Origin: Nostoc punctiforme PCC 73102
Lineage (GTDB): Bacteria > Cyanobacteriota > Cyanobacteriia > Cyanobacteriales > Nostocaceae
DNA length: 32,000 nucleotides
NCBI RefSeq assembly: GCF_000020025.1
Contig: NC_010628.1
Span: 3,630,001-3,662,000, forward strand
Reading direction: 5' to 3'
Below, in pieces: positions 23,860 through 32,000 of the stretch. The position numbers and the translations under genes are program-made. A model generated the notes under the pieces. It was not told the DNA's origin, ran no database searches, and was given only the letters and a program-made list of their open reading frames with translations. Each line of letters opens with the position of its first letter. The stretch's first letter is position 1.

Positions 23860-26157
23860 TCAACCTGCTAGCCGATACATAATCACTTTTCCTTTCCAGT
23901 TTTCTTCTACAAATACCAGATACTCGCCATTTGAACGACGGAATGCGCGGATACCATAAGGTATATCAATCCAGCCACTTTCGCTGCCAACTTCTGGGCC
24001 TGGTTTTAACTGTTGTACTTGCGTTCCCGTCTTGGCATTATAGACATATACTTCTGCGGTTTTGACTGTCACGGCAAATACCCGATCGCCCGCCACACTC
24101 ATGGCTGCTGTAGACACTTCGCGTTTGCCTGTGGTGTCGTAAGGAATCACAACTCGCCATTTGGGGGTACGATTTCCTTTACTCCAATTGTCAAAACGGG
24201 CAATTTCAGATCCAGCAACTCCAGTATCGTCACCGAAGGCCGGATGATCTACTGTAAAGCCTGACAAATACATACTATCTGTTTCAGGGAAATATTCGAT
24301 CCGCCGCAAGTCGTTAAATATGCTGGGAGTAGTTTGCTTTTCCATCGAAGTATAGTTGTAGATGGGGTTGCCTTTAGCATCTATTCCCTGTAAAGGATAG
24401 TGGCGAATGCCATCTTCTGTTCGCAAAGCTTTCCAAACATCTCCTTTGCTGTCTACCCACCATCCACCGATATAAGGATAATCTTTGCTGGTATCATATT
24501 CGCTATTTTCAAATTTGCCATTACCGTTGCGATCGCGCCAGATCCATTCGCCTTTTTGTGGTTGATTCGGCGGCCAATTTCCGGCGAGAAATGGTTTGTC
24601 TGCGCCATTACTACCGACAAACATTCCGGCTGGGATGGCAACTTTACCATCTTTGTCTGGATTAAAACGATATATTTGCAGGAAGCTGTTGTACATATCT
24701 GTGAGGAACAAGAACGGCTTCCCTTGGATGCGGCGCACAAAGGTTCCATCGGGTGATGTATGTAGACGGGGATCTTGAGGATATTTGAAAGGATTTAAGG
24801 TGTAAGCTTTGTAAGTCCATTGCTTACCAGCAGGCTTACTGTAATCCATGAGATAGTGTTCTTGTTTGGTGAATAAATCTACCCCATCAGTTTTAGGATC
24901 GGCATCTGCATTATCGACGAATATCAATCCTAGCGATCGCCATATTAGTTTTCCCGATGGCGAAAATTTCCGTAAATCTGTTCCCGATTTGTTGAAACCA
25001 TTACTATTTATATAGATATTACCTGAAGCATCTGCACCTACTCCGGTAAGTCCATAAAGCTTTAAATCTCCAACTTCGCCAGCAATTCCTGTATAAATAC
25101 CACCCTTAGAGCCAAAACTACCCGTCTGCTTTGGCTGATCTTTGATGTCATAAATCAATATTTGCTGACGCGGGCCATTTTCTGCTACTAACAGCTTACC
25201 TTGACGATCAATTGCGATCGCAGTTGGTTCAACGATATCTGCAATTTGTTCGGGCAATTGCTTTCCACTCTGGGAATAATGTAAAATTTTGGCGGGTTTA
25301 CTACCATTTTTGCTTTGAATAATCCACAGATTTTTTTGTGGATCAACAGTTATTGCTCCTGGATTGGCAAAGGTAAAACTGCGTAATTGCTTTATCGTAT
25401 CAGTATCATAGACACGAATGCGGTTAGCAGCAAAATCACTCACATACAACTCGCTTCCTACTGTTGCTAATCCAGTAACTTCACTTTTAGTACTGGTAAT
25501 TAACATACTTTTATCCCAGCCACGTCCTTCAGGAAACGGTGCAGGTTTTCCCGACAAATCATAGCGTCTAACGCAATGCCAACTTGTACCTTCTGCTGGG
25601 TAATCTTCATCAGTTTTACCCTTCGATCCCTGAGTCATGGCAAGGTAAATATATTTACTATTTGCTGTTACAGCAATGCCACCTCCACGACTCCAGCCGT
25701 GAGTGTCGCCAATAGCACCAATAACTTTACCATCTTTATATATGGCTGCCTCCATTCCCGCCTCATCCCAATGGCTGTTGGTATAAACTGTGCCATCAGT
25801 AGAAACATACATTGCTTCAATATTGTTTTGTACCCGTAGATTTCCACTGCCAATAGTGTTACCTATCCACGATGTTTTGTAAGTAAGCGTGGGTGTTTCA
25901 GTACGATTTTGTACCAGTAGATTTGTACTGTCAATAGAATTACTTGTCCACGATGTTTTGTATGTAAGCGTGGGTGTTTCCGTTGTTGCCCAGTCTGTTG
26001 TAATTCCAAGGGTAGTAACAATGAGTCCAACAGTCAAACTGAGTAAAAAGTTGAAGGTTTTACTTCTTTGTAAATATCTAAGTTTAGATAATTTTTTGAT
26101 TTGCTGATTAAGCTTGTGACGGAGTTTTTCTAACTCCGCCATTAATTTATTTATCAT
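23860..26157 (-). CDS. Membrane-anchored protein with NHL-like beta-propeller ectodomain
   Basis: N-terminal charged helix (LMAELEKLRHKLNQQIKKLSKL), then one TM segment (FNFLLSLTVGLIVTTLGITT), then repeated blade-like motifs (SELYVSDFAANRIRVYD, GKLLVAENGPRQQILIYD, GNIYINSNGFN). Confidence 0.6.
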   Translation of the reverse strand: MINKLMAELEKLRHKLNQQIKKLSKLRYLQRSKTFNFLLSLTVGLIVTTLGITTDWATTETPTLTYKTSWTSNSIDSTNLLVQNRTETPTLTYKTSWIGNTIGSGNLRVQNNIEAMYVSTDGTVYTNSHWDEAGMEAAIYKDGKVIGAIGDTHGWSRGGGIAVTANSKYIYLAMTQGSKGKTDEDYPAEGTSWHCVRRYDLSGKPAPFPEGRGWDKSMLITSTKSEVTGLATVGSELYVSDFAANRIRVYDTDTIKQLRSFTFANPGAITVDPQKNLWIIQSKNGSKPAKILHYSQSGKQLPEQIADIVEPTAIAIDRQGKLLVAENGPRQQILIYDIKDQPKQTGSFGSKGGIYTGIAGEVGDLKLYGLTGVGADASGNIYINSNGFNKSGTDLRKFSPSGKLIWRSLGLIFVDNADADPKTDGVDLFTKQEHYLMDYSKPAGKQWTYKAYTLNPFKYPQDPRLHTSPDGTFVRRIQGKPFLFLTDMYNSFLQIYRFNPDKDGKVAIPAGMFVGSNGADKPFLAGNWPPNQPQKGEWIWRDRNGNGKFENSEYDTSKDYPYIGGWWVDSKGDVWKALRTEDGIRHYPLQGIDAKGNPIYNYTSMEKQTTPSIFNDLRRIEYFPETDSMYLSGFTVDHPAFGDDTGVAGSEIARFDNWSKGNRTPKWRVVIPYDTTGKREVSTAAMSVAGDRVFAVTVKTAEVYVYNAKTGTQVQQLKPGPEVGSESGWIDIPYGIRAFRRSNGEYLVFVEENWKGKVIMYRLAG
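25867..25980. repeat. Intragenic 81-bp tandem duplication (27-aa repeat TETPTLTYKTSW..N.I.S.NL.VQN)
   Basis: ccacgatgttttgta(a/t)gtaagcgtgggtgtttc occurs at 25867-25899 and 25948-25980. The protein repeat is visible in the translation just after the TM segment. Confidence 0.85.
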
Positions 26158-26634
26158 ATAGTTTTTCAGCTTTTAATTATTTATATACAATCATTTTTTG
26201 AGAAATCAGTAAAAAATATAATTATTATAAATGAGCGATAATTTTACGCTATCTTTACAAAAATCCTTTTATTATTTAATTTTTAAGGTAATATCTCTAA
26301 AACCTTCTTGAAGGTATTAATAGCTACTGATTTGTAAGCAAAAATGGTAAATATTAATACGTGATATTTCTACAGTTATTAATTTATAGCAATTTTTGGC
26401 TCTCTCTATCTATCATTCACCTTTGTCAATTGATAAGTATCATATATATCATAACCAGTGTTATGTAGTTAATAAAAACACAAGGTTTCATCCCTTGTTG
26501 ACGTTGACATATAAATAGTTTATAAATTGGTGTTCTATATAAAAGTCTTATTAGAAATGTGGATTTGAAACATCCAGTAGCGGCTTACAGTTGTACATCA
26601 CTACTATTTTCATATATTTATAGGAGACATATTA

Positions 26635-27804
26635 ATGAAAAATAAAGCAGAAAGTTTAGCTTCATCATCTGCATCTATTCTCACATTAGGATTAGGCTGG
26701 TTTCCCAAAAATCCCGGAGGATTAGAAAGGTATATGTATGAACTAACTCATAAATTAGCAGCCAATAAAGACCAGATTGAATTATGCGGAGTTGGTCTAC
26801 CAGAGGCTGAAAGAAATTCACCGATTAAGTTGACTAATTTAGCGAGTCCCGACAGTGCTATTTGGCAAAGATTATGGTCTATTCGCACCAATTTTCAGAA
26901 AACAAGGACAAACAAACCAGATGCTATTAATCTACACTTTGCATTATATAGCTTTCCGCTTTTAGATATTTTACCAAAGGGAGTACCAGTTACTTTTAAT
27001 TTTCATGGCCCTTGGGCTTCTGAGAGTCAGCAAGAGGTAGTTAATAAGAATCTCAGCCTTTTGATTAAGCATCATCTAATAGAAAAAAATACATATAATC
27101 ACTGCGATCGCTTCATTGTTTTAAGCAAAGCATTTGGTAAAATATTACATGATAAATATCAAGTACCGTGGAGTAAAATTAATATTATTCCTGGTGGAGT
27201 CGATATTAACTGGTTTCAACCAAATTTATCACGCCAAGATGCTTGTAAACAGCTAGGCTGGCCAAATAATCGCCGGATTATATTTACATCACGCCGTTTA
27301 GTACATCGAACGGGAGTTGATAAATTATTAAAAGCTTTGGCTATAATTAAGCCCAGAATACCAGATGTTTGGCTAGCGATCGCAGGTCGTGGTCACATCC
27401 AAGCCGCACTACAACAACAGGCTACAGAATTAGGATTAGACGACAACGTTAAATTTTTAGGTTTTCTCCCTGATGAGCAATTACCTATAGCTTATCAAGC
27501 TGCGGAATTAACTATAATGCCTAGTCAATCTTTTGAAGGGTTTGGATTAGTAATAGTTGAATCTCTAGCCTGTGGTACTCCTGTTTTATGTACCCCAGTT
27601 GGCGGAATGCCAGAAATTTTATCAGAATTCTCACCTGATTTAATTACTACTTCAACAGAAGCATCAGCTATTGCTGAAAAATTAGAACAAGTGCTTTTGG
27701 GAAATATCCCCATACCTTCACGAGAAGCCTGTCGCCATTATGCTGTTACACATTATGACTGGAATCAAATCGCCCAGCAAGTACGGAATGTTCTATTAAA
27801 TTAA
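26635..27804 (+). CDS. Glycosyltransferase family 4 (GT-B)
   Basis: C-terminal GT4 signature PSQSFEGFGLVIVESLACGTPVLCTPVGGMPE. Confidence 0.85.
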   Translation: MKNKAESLASSSASILTLGLGWFPKNPGGLERYMYELTHKLAANKDQIELCGVGLPEAERNSPIKLTNLASPDSAIWQRLWSIRTNFQKTRTNKPDAINLHFALYSFPLLDILPKGVPVTFNFHGPWASESQQEVVNKNLSLLIKHHLIEKNTYNHCDRFIVLSKAFGKILHDKYQVPWSKINIIPGGVDINWFQPNLSRQDACKQLGWPNNRRIIFTSRRLVHRTGVDKLLKALAIIKPRIPDVWLAIAGRGHIQAALQQQATELGLDDNVKFLGFLPDEQLPIAYQAAELTIMPSQSFEGFGLVIVESLACGTPVLCTPVGGMPEILSEFSPDLITTSTEASAIAEKLEQVLLGNIPIPSREACRHYAVTHYDWNQIAQQVRNVLLN

Positions 27805-27882
27805 TGAACTAGAGGCACGAAAATTGCTTTGTAGAGACGCGACTTATAGCATCTGAACCGTATTGTATTACAAGGAAGTTTT

Positions 27883-29022
27883 ATGAGAATTTTTTTCCTA
27901 GACCAAAGCGGTAAACCAGGCGGTGCAGAATTATGTTTAATAGATATTGCTAAACCATACTCTCATAGCGCTTTAGTAGGTTTATTTGCAGATGGGCCGT
28001 TTAAAGATTTACTAGAGCAAAATCATATCCCAGTAGAAATTCTCGCAACTCAAACAATCCAAGTTAGCAAAGAAAGCAGTTTGGCACAAGGATTAAAGAG
28101 TTTAGGACAACTTGCACCTTTGATTACTAAAGTAATAAAAAAAGCGCGTGAATACGATTTAATTTATGCCAACACCCAAAAAGCATTAGTTGTCGGAGCA
28201 TTAGCAAGTTTTTTTAGTCGTCGCCCTCTGGTTTATCATTTACATGATATTCTTTCCACAGAACATTTTAGCCAAACTAATCTTCGCATTGCGATTAACT
28301 TAGCTAATCGTTGTGCCTCATTAGTAATTGCCAATTCCCAAGCTAGTAAAACAGCCTTTATCCAAGCGGGAGGACGCTCAGATATTGTCGAAGTTGTCTA
28401 TAACGGCTTTGATCTAAAAATTTATCAAACTGATGAACCTGGCATTAATCAATTACAGCAAAAATTAGGATTGCAAGGGAAATTTGTAGTCGGACACTTT
28501 AGCCGCCTTGCACCTTGGAAAGGACAACATATTCTAATTGATGCTCTTGCCAAATGTCCGCCAGAGGTGACAGTAATTTTAGTGGGGGATGCACTGTTTG
28601 GCGAACAAGATTATGCCCAAAAGTTACACAAACAAGTTACCGATCTCGGACTAGAAAACCGCGTCAAATTTTTAGGATTTCGTTCAGATATTCCCCAGTT
28701 AATGGCAGCTTGTGACTTGGTGGCGCATACCTCTACTTCCCCAGAACCCTTTGGTAGAGTGATTGTTGAAGCAATGCTGTGTGGAAAACCTGTAGTTGCA
28801 GCAAAAGCTGGGGGTGTAATGGAATTAGTAGAACATGGACTTAATGGTTTTTTAGTGACACCAGGAGAACCCCAGGAACTTGCACAGGTGATAATCACCT
28901 GTCTTCAGGAGACGGAAATAACTGCAACTATAGCTAATAATGCCAGGACTACGGCTAGTCGGCGTTTTGATGTTGCAACTATTAATCAGCAAATTGCTCA
29001 ACTGTTGTCCCACAGATTCTAG
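27883..29022 (+). CDS. Glycosyltransferase family 4 (GT-B)
   Basis: GT4 signature TSTSPEPFGRVIVEAMLCGKPVVAAKAGGVMELV..GLNGFLV. Confidence 0.85.
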   Translation: MRIFFLDQSGKPGGAELCLIDIAKPYSHSALVGLFADGPFKDLLEQNHIPVEILATQTIQVSKESSLAQGLKSLGQLAPLITKVIKKAREYDLIYANTQKALVVGALASFFSRRPLVYHLHDILSTEHFSQTNLRIAINLANRCASLVIANSQASKTAFIQAGGRSDIVEVVYNGFDLKIYQTDEPGINQLQQKLGLQGKFVVGHFSRLAPWKGQHILIDALAKCPPEVTVILVGDALFGEQDYAQKLHKQVTDLGLENRVKFLGFRSDIPQLMAACDLVAHTSTSPEPFGRVIVEAMLCGKPVVAAKAGGVMELVEHGLNGFLVTPGEPQELAQVIITCLQETEITATIANNARTTASRRFDVATINQQIAQLLSHRF

Positions 29023-29039
29023 TACACGGTGGCTGAATT

Positions 29040-29063
29040 AGGGGATCTTGTCCAAGATCCCCT
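29040..29063 (+). terminator. Stem-loop terminator candidate after the second GT4 gene
   Basis: aggggatctt-gtcc-aagatcccct is a perfect 10-bp stem. The downstream T-run is weak (ataaataatttt). Confidence 0.5.
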
Positions 29064-29138
29064 ATAAATAATTTTGGATAATTTGTTTTTTGGAAGCCCC
29101 TTGTCTTGCGTTGTCTGGTTAAATAATATGAGTTGTTG

Positions 29139-29165
29139 AGCGATGCCTACGGCGGCAAGCTACGC
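29139..29165. repeat. Small dispersed repeat, identical to 3894-3920
   Basis: Exact 27-nt match AGCGATGCCTACGGCGGCAAGCTACGC. Confidence 0.8.
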
Positions 29166-29225
29166 TAATCTTGCTCTCAACTTAGCTACACTAAATTGAT
29201 TACGCAGATATTTCAAGCGATCGCA

Positions 29226-29495
29226 TTAGGCCGCTTCCCGCAGTTGTGGTTGTGACTGCACACTCACCTCTGGAAACGAAAGCGAGAGTTGTTCTGCTTG
29301 AGGGACTGCGGCTTGCTCCAAAACTTGAACTTCGATATTCACGCTCACCAAATAACTACCTGTATCGGCACCAACCGCTTCAGCAATTAGTTTAGCAATG
29401 TCTGGGCGTTTGGCAGTTAGCGGATCGCGTAAAATACACCGATCCCATTCATGCTTGGCAGTCGGATTGAGGTTGAGAATGTAATGCTTCATCAT
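29226..29495 (-). CDS. Hypothetical protein (about 89 aa; start ambiguous: 29495, 29516 or 29549)
   Basis: ORF with MMKHYILNLNPTAKHEWDRCILRDPLTAKRPDIAKLIAEAV... No recognisable motif. Confidence 0.45.
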   Translation of the reverse strand: MMKHYILNLNPTAKHEWDRCILRDPLTAKRPDIAKLIAEAVGADTGSYLVSVNIEVQVLEQAAVPQAEQLSLSFPEVSVQSQPQLREAA

Positions 29496-29848
29496 GGAAC
29501 TAACCCTTGAATCCATCTTCCAGAAGGTTTTTACACAGCCGTTAGGCATTTAATTAGGCTTTGTGGACGCTATATCTATTATAGTATATTTGTACTAAAA
29601 AGCGATATCTGAGTGAAAAAGTAGTACAACTGTGTGCTGCTACTAGATTCGCGTGCTACATCCTATTGTTTTAAGGGCAGATGCGAAGAATCAAAGTGCA
29701 ATGTCTAGGTTGGGCAAAGCTAATGCTAAATTAGGTTGGTGTAAATAATTGTCGTTGGGATAAGGCAATAGCGACAGGCAATAGGTATAAGGATTTTAGC
29801 CTAGTTGATTTTTTTTTACATAGTTTGATTTTATTGTGCCAACTTACT

Positions 29849-29989
29849 TACAGCAGTTTACAAGTGAGATAGAAAATACAAGGCTCACGTATCAAATATA
29901 AAGATGTTTCTATCTCTTGCCTCATATCTCAAAATTTGTAGCTTTGTACTTTATGCAAAGGAAAACTGCTGTATCTATTCCTTTTTTTT
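29849..29989 (+). promoter_or_regulatory. Candidate structured RNA element (nested hairpins plus T8 run) upstream of the antiporter gene
   Basis: Perfect 11-bp outer stem tacagcagttt (29849-29859) / aaactgctgta (29963-29973). Perfect 10-bp inner stem gagatagaaa (29866-29875) / tttctatctc (29907-29916). Alternative hairpin aaaggaa (29957-29963) / ttccttt (29978-29984) running into T8 (29982-29989). Confidence 0.3.
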
Positions 29990-30114
29990 CTAATTTGGTG
30001 GCGCGTCTGAATTTCTAATCCTTAATTGCAGAAAATCTGCCCATAGGTAATGCTAATAAAAAAGTATTGCAATTAAGCTTACAAAGTAACGCCTAATTTT
30101 ATACAAATTGCTAT

Positions 30115-31413
30115 ATGGTAGATATCTATATTATTGACCTATTTGTAATTGGTCTACTTCTGCTGATGGTAACATTAGGGTCAGGTTGGATTACTCGCCT
30201 ACCTCTTTCTTTTGCCATTATCTACCTAATAGTTGGTATTTCTCTAGGGCCTTATGCTTTTGGACTGATTCAATTACGTCGAGATGAAGTTTTTAATGCC
30301 GAACTACTGGAAAAAATAACAGAGCTTGTAGTAATTATTTCTGTGTTTAGTTGCGGCTTAAGAATTGTTCGTCCTCTAAGATTAGGGGTTTGGGATATTA
30401 CGGTGCGATTGATTCTATTTTTGATGCCCATTTCAATTTTTGCTCTGGCTGTTGTGGGTAAATTATTTTTAGGCATGAATTGGGGAGAAGCAATTTTATT
30501 AGGAGCAATTCTTGCACCGACAGATCCGGTATTAGCATCAGAAGTACAACTGACTGATATAAATGACCAAGATGAGTTGAGATTTGGTTTAACTTCTGAA
30601 GGTGGGTTAAATGATGCTTTAGCTTTTCCCTTCGTTTACTTTGGTCTTCATGCCTTAAAAGATGACAACTGGGGTAACTGGTTTAAACAGTGGGTTGCAG
30701 TTGATTTAATTTGGGCGATCACAGTTGGTATTATTATGGGAATTGTTGTTGCCAAATCTATAGTTTGGATTGAAAAGAAAATTCAAAAACGCCGTCCTGC
30801 CGATAAGTTAATGGAAGATTTTATTGCTATCAGCACAATCCTTATAACTTATTCCTTAACAGAAATGGTGAATGGCTATGGATTTTTGGCAGTATTTGTG
30901 GCTGGCTTAGTTGTCCAACGCAGTTACAGAAATCCTGAAAAACCGCTAGCACAATTGGAATTTATTGAGCAAGTTGAAAAGCTGCTGGAAGTTGGAACAA
31001 TTTTACTATTGGGTTCAATATTGTTGCTAAAGCCAATACTCAATTATGCTATGCAATCTTTGCTAGTAATAATTTTGTTATTCTTAATAATCAGACCTGT
31101 AGGAGTTTGGATTAGCACCATAGGTAAACGCCCTTTAGACTCACGCCGCCGAACCTTTCACGCAGAAACTCGTTGGTTATTTGGATGGTTTGGTATTCGT
31201 GGTGTCGGTTCTTTATATTATCTCGCCTATGCTTTTGGTAATGGTTTAAAAGGTGAACCTGCCGAACAAATTGCTTGGATAACTTACACCACTATTGTAG
31301 CTTCTGTGATTATTCATGGCATTAGTGCAACTCCATTAATGAAGTGGTATGAGCGCAATTTTGCTAATCGGAGAAAGACGACTCCCCCCGACACAATTGA
31401 TGAATTTGAATAA
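30115..31413 (+). CDS. Cation:proton antiporter, CPA1 (NhaP-type Na+/H+ exchanger)
   Basis: 432 aa, about 11-12 hydrophobic segments, and the CPA1 motif GAILAPTDPVLASEV. Confidence 0.85.
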   Translation: MVDIYIIDLFVIGLLLLMVTLGSGWITRLPLSFAIIYLIVGISLGPYAFGLIQLRRDEVFNAELLEKITELVVIISVFSCGLRIVRPLRLGVWDITVRLILFLMPISIFALAVVGKLFLGMNWGEAILLGAILAPTDPVLASEVQLTDINDQDELRFGLTSEGGLNDALAFPFVYFGLHALKDDNWGNWFKQWVAVDLIWAITVGIIMGIVVAKSIVWIEKKIQKRRPADKLMEDFIAISTILITYSLTEMVNGYGFLAVFVAGLVVQRSYRNPEKPLAQLEFIEQVEKLLEVGTILLLGSILLLKPILNYAMQSLLVIILLFLIIRPVGVWISTIGKRPLDSRRRTFHAETRWLFGWFGIRGVGSLYYLAYAFGNGLKGEPAEQIAWITYTTIVASVIIHGISATPLMKWYERNFANRRKTTPPDTIDEFE

Positions 31414-31416
31414 ATA

Positions 31417-31461
31417 AATTGTAGGGTGCGTTACGCTAAAGTGATAACATACCTTACAATT
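31417..31461 (+). terminator. Stem-loop after the antiporter gene
   Basis: aattgtagggt ... accttacaatt gives an 11-bp stem with one G-T pair and a 23-nt loop, followed by caattttat. Confidence 0.35.
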
Positions 31462-31557
31462 CAATTTTATAAACCTGTGGCTCCAAATCGTATATAGGCT
31501 TTTAATTTTACTTACCAAAGCTAATACGTAAAGGGTTAAGGGTTAGGTCTATACTCT

Positions 31558-31947
31558 TTATTTACCTGTCACCTTTTCAATAACTTCTTTCGCTTTCTCA
31601 CCAAAAGTTTCTGGGGGATTTTGTTCTTGTTCAGCCTTCAAATTTCTTTCGTAAGTCTTTTCTATAGTATTAAGATTCTTTGAATCTTTTATCGCTTGCT
31701 CATAAGCTTTTTGTCTTTCTTCTTCTTGAATACCAACACCTGGATCGTATTCGTTAGCGCGATTAATTTTTTCTTCAGAATTTGGTTTAAACTCTGGGGG
31801 TACTAGCTTCAATTCTTCAAGAGTAGTTGCATAACTAGCTTGCTGAACGAATATAAATGAACCTGATAAGCTAATGGAAACCATCAAGCAAACAACCAAA
31901 AAGCTTGAACTTAACGCTTTTTTTAAAGATAATAGAATTTTTTGCAT
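31558..31947 (-). CDS. Small secreted or membrane-anchored protein of unknown function
   Basis: 129 aa with an N-terminal signal-like hydrophobic segment (SSFLVVCLMVSISLSGSFIFV), then a charged Lys/Glu-rich region. Confidence 0.5.
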   Translation of the reverse strand: MQKILLSLKKALSSSFLVVCLMVSISLSGSFIFVQQASYATTLEELKLVPPEFKPNSEEKINRANEYDPGVGIQEEERQKAYEQAIKDSKNLNTIEKTYERNLKAEQEQNPPETFGEKAKEVIEKVTGK

Positions 31948-32000
31948 GGAATAATACTCCTAGTTTTCTCTGATGAGCCTTGGTCGTGTATAAATACATT

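Noticed and set aside
29550-30114. Known riboswitch class (for example c-di-AMP/ydaO or ion-responsive motifs) upstream of the antiporter
   Set aside because: I could not recognise the conserved cores of any class I know. The structure is reported only as an unclassified candidate.

Overview
The window looks like chromosomal DNA from a filamentous heterocyst-forming (Nostocales-type) cyanobacterium. Three things support this. The HIP1 octamer GCGATCGC occurs about 30 times by my manual scan. Tandem heptamer (STRR-like) tracts sit in several intergenic spacers. The gene content includes chlH and an xisH/xisI pair.

Conserved housekeeping genes occupy both ends:
- lpxA (3' fragment) and lpxB
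- a solitary C5 DNA methyltransferase
- an aldo/keto reductase
- endonuclease V
- two adjacent FHA-domain genes
- the 1328-aa Mg-chelatase H subunit
- an ArsC/Spx-family protein
- N-acylglucosamine 2-epimerase and an aspartoacylase-family enzyme
- a membrane-anchored NHL-like beta-propeller protein
- two GT4 glycosyltransferases
- a CPA1 Na+/H+ antiporter

Between chlH and the ArsC-like gene (about 13.98-20.6 kb) lies an accessory, repeat-laden island. It contains:
- a MITE-like nested palindrome
- xisH-xisI
- a HigA-like HTH gene followed by an NYN-domain (PIN-like RNase) gene
- four tandem 57-59 bp HIP1-containing repeats
- a translationally coupled small-protein/retropepsin-like protease pair
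- a perfect-register 17 x 21 bp tandem array, open in four reading frames
- an orphan 141-aa gene bracketed by about 130-145 bp direct repeats
- a vapBC module whose toxin gene is split by an IS4-family element (9-10 bp target duplication) and also frameshifted

The most unusual signals are the 21-bp array with its flanking modular repeats, the HigA-like/NYN pair, the small-protein/retropepsin pair, the FHA plus FHA-flavoenzyme-like tandem, and a nested-hairpin element upstream of the antiporter. No rRNA, tRNA, CRISPR array, integrase or prophage genes were recognised. All functional calls rest on motif recognition by eye. No database search was run.
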